A stretch of 64,000 nucleotides of DNA from Asterias rubens (lineage: Eukaryota): the NCBI RefSeq assembly GCF_902459465.1, contig NC_047066.1, positions 9,238,001-9,302,000 of the forward strand, given 5' to 3'. Numbering within the stretch: the first letter of the stretch is position 1; each line of letters opens with the position of its first letter. The notes beneath the pieces were generated by a model, which made no database searches, was not told the DNA's origin, and worked only from the letters and a program-made list of their open reading frames with translations. Both the position numbers and the translations under genes were made by a program. Positions 59,309 to 64,000 of this stretch are shown here, piece by piece.

Positions 59309-62015
59309 GGAATGTGGGAAAAGCTGTTGTTTTACATGTAGAACAAACCACACTGCCATCCAGCGTGTTTTGAAATAGTTCAAGAATTTACTTTTAAACA
59401 AGTGACAAAAGTCCAACTGCACTCCTGTTGGAATGCGACCGCACTCAGTAAACTTTACACTTTACGTACATTCCCAAGTGACCACCATAATCAGAGTTCA
59501 ACAGTTTAGCTATTAAATTACCATATGGTGTTTGATTTTGTTAAGTGTGAGGAAGGATCCTAGTAACTCACTCCAGGGAGCTTGAGGTGCGTGTTACGCA
59601 AAAACATTATTTTTTTTAAATTAAATTTTCTGTTCCCTACTCAATCTCCAGAATGTGAGGGAAATGGTAAGCATAAGAAAATAAGAATTATGATGTACTG
59701 TGACACACGTCAGTTTTCTTAAGTAATTCACACGTGACAATCCTTTCATAAATTATTCAATATCCTTCTCAAAGTTTCCCCTCGTGCCACTTGCTGATTG
59801 ACGAATGGAATGTGAACGTTAACCATATTCCTGTTTCATAATCTACAGCGATCCAGATAACCTCGATCGACATCGCCAAAGAATTTATTACAGCATACAT
59901 GTATGCTTTATAAAAAAAACTCATAATTATTTGAAATAGTTAAATTTCTGGGAAAAAAAAGAAGTGATTTCTCTAAAATTAATGTATGGTGAGGAGTGAG
60001 TCATATCAGTTTGGATAGCGGTAACACCTTGTGAGTAGGTACTGTACCTAGTGTTGAGTGACACTGTGGTCAAAACATTCAATAAGCCTCATTGAACAAA
60101 ATTACCAAGAAAACAAGAAAACTGCCTTCCTTTACACATGTATATCAATTAGTGTTTTAGGAAAGATATAAATTTGGTATAACTTTGGTAATTACTCCAA
60201 AAGTTGATGACATATAAACTTACTTGAACATGAAAACAAAAGACCAGTTCCACTCCCCGTTCCAAAAGGGACCAACATTTATGTTTTGGGGGCTGGTAAC
60301 CTCATTCTGGTAAACATTATTTTGTTGTGCTAAGCTGCTCTTTGTGTTTAAGCAGCTCTATAAAAATTAGGCCCAGGAGTCTCTACAATTAAGCTCTATC
60401 CAACGCTGTCAATCCGTTTTTTTAGCCAAAAAGACATGCCTTCCAAATCATCAATGGCATCCAAAAATGGGGCTGAACAAAGTCAAAACCTTAACCTGGA
60501 CAGATGGCTTCTATTCCATAAAGAATAAAACCATAATGCAACTTGACTGTAGAATTGACCAGAGCAGGCCATCCAATTAAACCATTCCTAACTGACATCA
60601 GGGTGTATGTATTAATAGACCATGATGTCATTCCACCGATATAGAACCGGCCAAGTTTAATCATTTGAGTCCGGTATATATGTACGTCACAAGTCAGGCA
60701 CTGTCTCTTCATCAAGTTCTCGGTACCTCAAAGTGCCACTGACATCTCTAAACGAGACGATTCCCTTGATTTGGGAATTGACTCACATTGTAATCATCCG
60801 TAAATTTGTTTCACCTTTGTTTTTTAAGTGAGCAAAAGTGTCTACTTTTTAAAGGAACAATACAGAAATTGTTTTTCTAGCAAAAAAAAGTTGCTGGCAG
60901 TGTTAGCACTTTATGTAATCCATCATATACATTGTGTTTGTAAACTGAAAAACCTGTAGAAGTTCGAGATTGATCGGCCATCTGGGTCACGGGTGGTGCG
61001 TCTTCTTTTCTTTCCTTAATTTTTTAAGGCACTGGACACTATTAATAATTGTCAAAGACCAGTCTTCTCACTTGGTGTATCTCAACATAATATGCATAAA
61101 ATAACAAACCTTCATAAATTTGGGCTCAATTGCGGGAAAATAATGAAAGAAAATAAAACGCACTTGTTGCAGAAGTTGTGTGCTTTCAGATGCTTGATTA
61201 CGAATCAAATTCTGAGGTCTTGAAATCAAATTCCAATATTTTAGTGAGAAATTACTTTTTTCTCAAAAACTACGTTACTTCAGAGGGAGCTGTTTCTCAC
61301 AATGTTTTATACTAGCTCAACTAGCTCAACAGCTCTCCATTACTCATTACCAAGTAAGGTTTTATGCTAATAATTATTTTGAGTAATTACCAATAGTGTC
61401 CAGTTCCTTTAACATGCACTAATTAAAAAGGTTGTTTACGAAGGTTGTTTGAGTATGCGAAACATTCCTTGGTCTACGGCCAAATTTAATTCATGATAAG
61501 CGACATGAGACAACAACAAATTACGCACGCGAAAAACTCCAGTGAAGGACAGATGGGCACGCAAATAAATCACTTAAGTCATATTTTCCTGATAAACAGA
61601 TTTCTGCGGGCCTAGATTTTGTGTCAAAACGATGCACTTTTCCTTCCGAGCATGCAAGATGCACGGCAATCAAGTGTCACTGATTTATGCTACATATCGA
61701 TCATTGAAAACAAATTAATGTAAAGTTGTTGTTTTTTCCGAGTTCTTCTTAAACATGTTATAGCTAACAACTTACAGTTCAACTGTGCCTCAGCACCTTA
61801 GAGCAAAACTTTGATTTTAGCCTAGGCCTAGCCATTAAAAGAGCACCGGATTCAAGCTCTGGTGTTTCAGCCCCTGGTGTTGGTAGCAACGGCTCCTGGA
61901 AAAAAAGTTGATTGTAGCCCACACCTTGAAGTGGCCTTCAGGCCTTGTGTGTGGAGGCGACTTGCATAAAAAAAAAAATGAATAAATAAATAACTTTTAT
62001 TTGATTGTCTTTTAC

Positions 62016-62294
62016 CTGCTTTGACTCTGGGTCTCCTCATCGTCGGCATACATCCTCATCATTTTCCGCGGCCCTGCGGATTTTGTCACCAACTGCAGGT
62101 CCATCTCGACGCTGTCCGCATCCGAATCCCTCTCTTCCATCCTGCGATGTCTCTCCGACTCCCCGTTCCAATGTCCGTGGTTACGGCGTTTCCGTGCATA
62201 CTCTTGCCTTTCCTCATCGTCTGAACCATCCTCGTCGCCAAGGCGACGCTTGCGTTGACCAGGGACAATTTTACCCTCTCTTATTTTCTTCTTC
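62016..62294 (-). CDS. NCBP3: Probable NCBP3 internal exon: KKKIREGKIVPGQRKRR...DADSVEMDLQLVTKSAGPRKMMRMYADDEETQSQS
   Basis: tttacag acceptor, AG|GTAAAA donor, phase 2-2. DxxEMDLxL...MxMYADxE matches the NCBP3 motif DEMDYDLEL...MKMTMYADEVE. The 5' exons lie beyond the window. Confidence 0.72.
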
Positions 62295-63814
62295 CTGTAA
62301 AATGTACAAATTAACAAATGAATGTCATTCAGAGCCATGATTTTTAAAACTAAATTTTAAATATTTTGTTCAACTGTTTTGTTCAATTTTTTTTAAAGGT
62401 TATTAATTTAAAAGATATTTTTGTATGCTTATTACCAAAGGAAAATGGAACAAAGTACATGTACACTGTGGTTTTATTTTGTTTTACAACTCTATTTCTA
62501 TTTCACATTTTTGGCCTTGGTGCACTCCCAAAATTCAGACTGCTCCAATGCCAAAGTGGCCTTGCCCTAAACTTTTCTAAGTTTGAGTCCCAGAGGTGAA
62601 CACTTTCATAGATTTATGCCAAATTTTGATCTGTCAAAAAAAAAAAAATCTGAAAAATGTGTCCATCCGATCATCCAGGAAAATTATAATCGTTGGTGAA
62701 AACATCGACAAGAATACAGCAAGAGAATTTAAACGACAAGGTCATAACACATAAATCAAATTAATACCAACGACAGGTAGGCAGGGCCCGTGAATCACCC
62801 GCCGGACGACAGGTATCTATTTAATTATCTCTCTAAACCCGTTAAGGTGTGCCAGCAATCTGGATGGACTCTGACAATCTATGACCTTTGAGGGGTTTTT
62901 AACTCATAAGTGGAATGATTGAATGCTTTCCTCCGATGCTAATTACATCTGGAAGTATTTAATTGTGGCAAATGAGACTTATGCAACGTGCCATGTTAAA
63001 AGGCTGATTTCCAAGGAGCCGGGTTCTGTTTTTTAATCTGTTAGGAGAAGGTGTGTTCTGCCGATGGTCTTTTAGATTGTTTCACTCAGTTTAGATAAAG
63101 CCTAATGATTCTAAAAGCGAGGCACAGCTGTGAGATTCTGAAGATAGGAATCTTCAAAAGGATTTCAAAGCAATTTAGATACTGAGGTCTAAAGTTACAT
63201 CATGTTGTTACATGGAGTTGCTCCAAACCTTTAATTTCTAGACAGTTTCAACTTCAAGCTCAAACTACAAAAACAATGCAGCTACATGTATGACTAAAAT
63301 ATGATACTTCAAAAGTTTTCAGAATGAATTATAGTTTTACTCTTAGTAGCCCAATTTGATATTCATAATGTCTACAATAGGCCTATCAGACAACCCTGAA
63401 ACACTGCCAACTGAACTGTTTCACACAACTGGGAAATTAAGAACTCTCCTACTGTTTAACCATTCAATATCATTCACTGTGGTTTTGTATGATAGATAAC
63501 TATGCCAACCTGTAATTTAGTATCATGTGGCAAATGCACCCACGCAACACACAATTTTAAAAACATACACAAATTGCCCAGTTGATGAGTGGCTTCAAAC
63601 GGTTGGTCAACCTTCATTTAACATGATTTTTTTTTAAATGCCCCTCAACAAAAAACAAACATCACAAAGAAACATCTTAAAAGAATTGGTAAGTTACAGT
63701 TATATTTAGAATAAAAAAACACATTTTCTGAACCTTGCAAGTTGGAAGAATGAAGCAAAATATTATAACACGTAATAATAGTTTATTTAAGGTGCTTTGG
63801 CTCATTTAACAGTC

Positions 63815-64000
63815 ACTACTAGAAACCAGGGGCAAACCCCTCCTCTTTTTGATTAAATGTAACTGGGGTTCTTCTACGTGAATTACACAAGACACTTTCA
63901 GCCCATTCGAAAGGACAAGTGTCAACACCGGAACTCGAACCAACACTCTGCTGGTCAGAAAAATCAGAGCTTGAGTCCAGTGCACTGGACCGTTCGGCCA
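63815..64000 (-). mobile_element. tRNA-derived SINE, head cut by the window edge
   Basis: gaactcgaaccaacactctgctg...cttgagtccagtgc matches the other copies. Confidence 0.75.

Overview
Eukaryotic, AT-rich, intron- and repeat-rich genomic DNA. It is probably a marine invertebrate deuterostome such as a sea star; this is inferred from gene structure and repeat content and was not looked up. Two complete genes could be spliced by hand. MAPKAPK5/PRAK is on the minus strand (12 coding exons, 14904->2886, 487 aa). USP30 is on the plus strand (9 coding exons, 15176->28237, ~915 aa); it has a ~420-aa low-complexity insert in the USP domain and one GC-AG intron. The two genes are head-to-head, with start codons 271 bp apart. 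The 3' part of a probable NCBP3 gene lies on the minus strand (exons 62294->62016 and 36751->36379, apparently joined by a ~25-kb intron). A possible terminal exon of an unknown plus-strand gene lies at 306-877. The non-coding space holds TTAA|AG-ended (Kolobok-like) MITEs, CAGGCCTG-ended MITEs, two Merlin-like MITEs with 8-bp TSDs, tRNA-Leu-derived SINEs, a LINE 3' fragment and several local tandem arrays. The most interesting signal is a family of short Penelope-like elements carrying minimal hammerhead-ribozyme motifs (9523, 29825, 42620), with inverted-arm/TSD architecture. All intronic copies of this family lie antisense to their host genes. There are no prokaryotic features and no CRISPR array.
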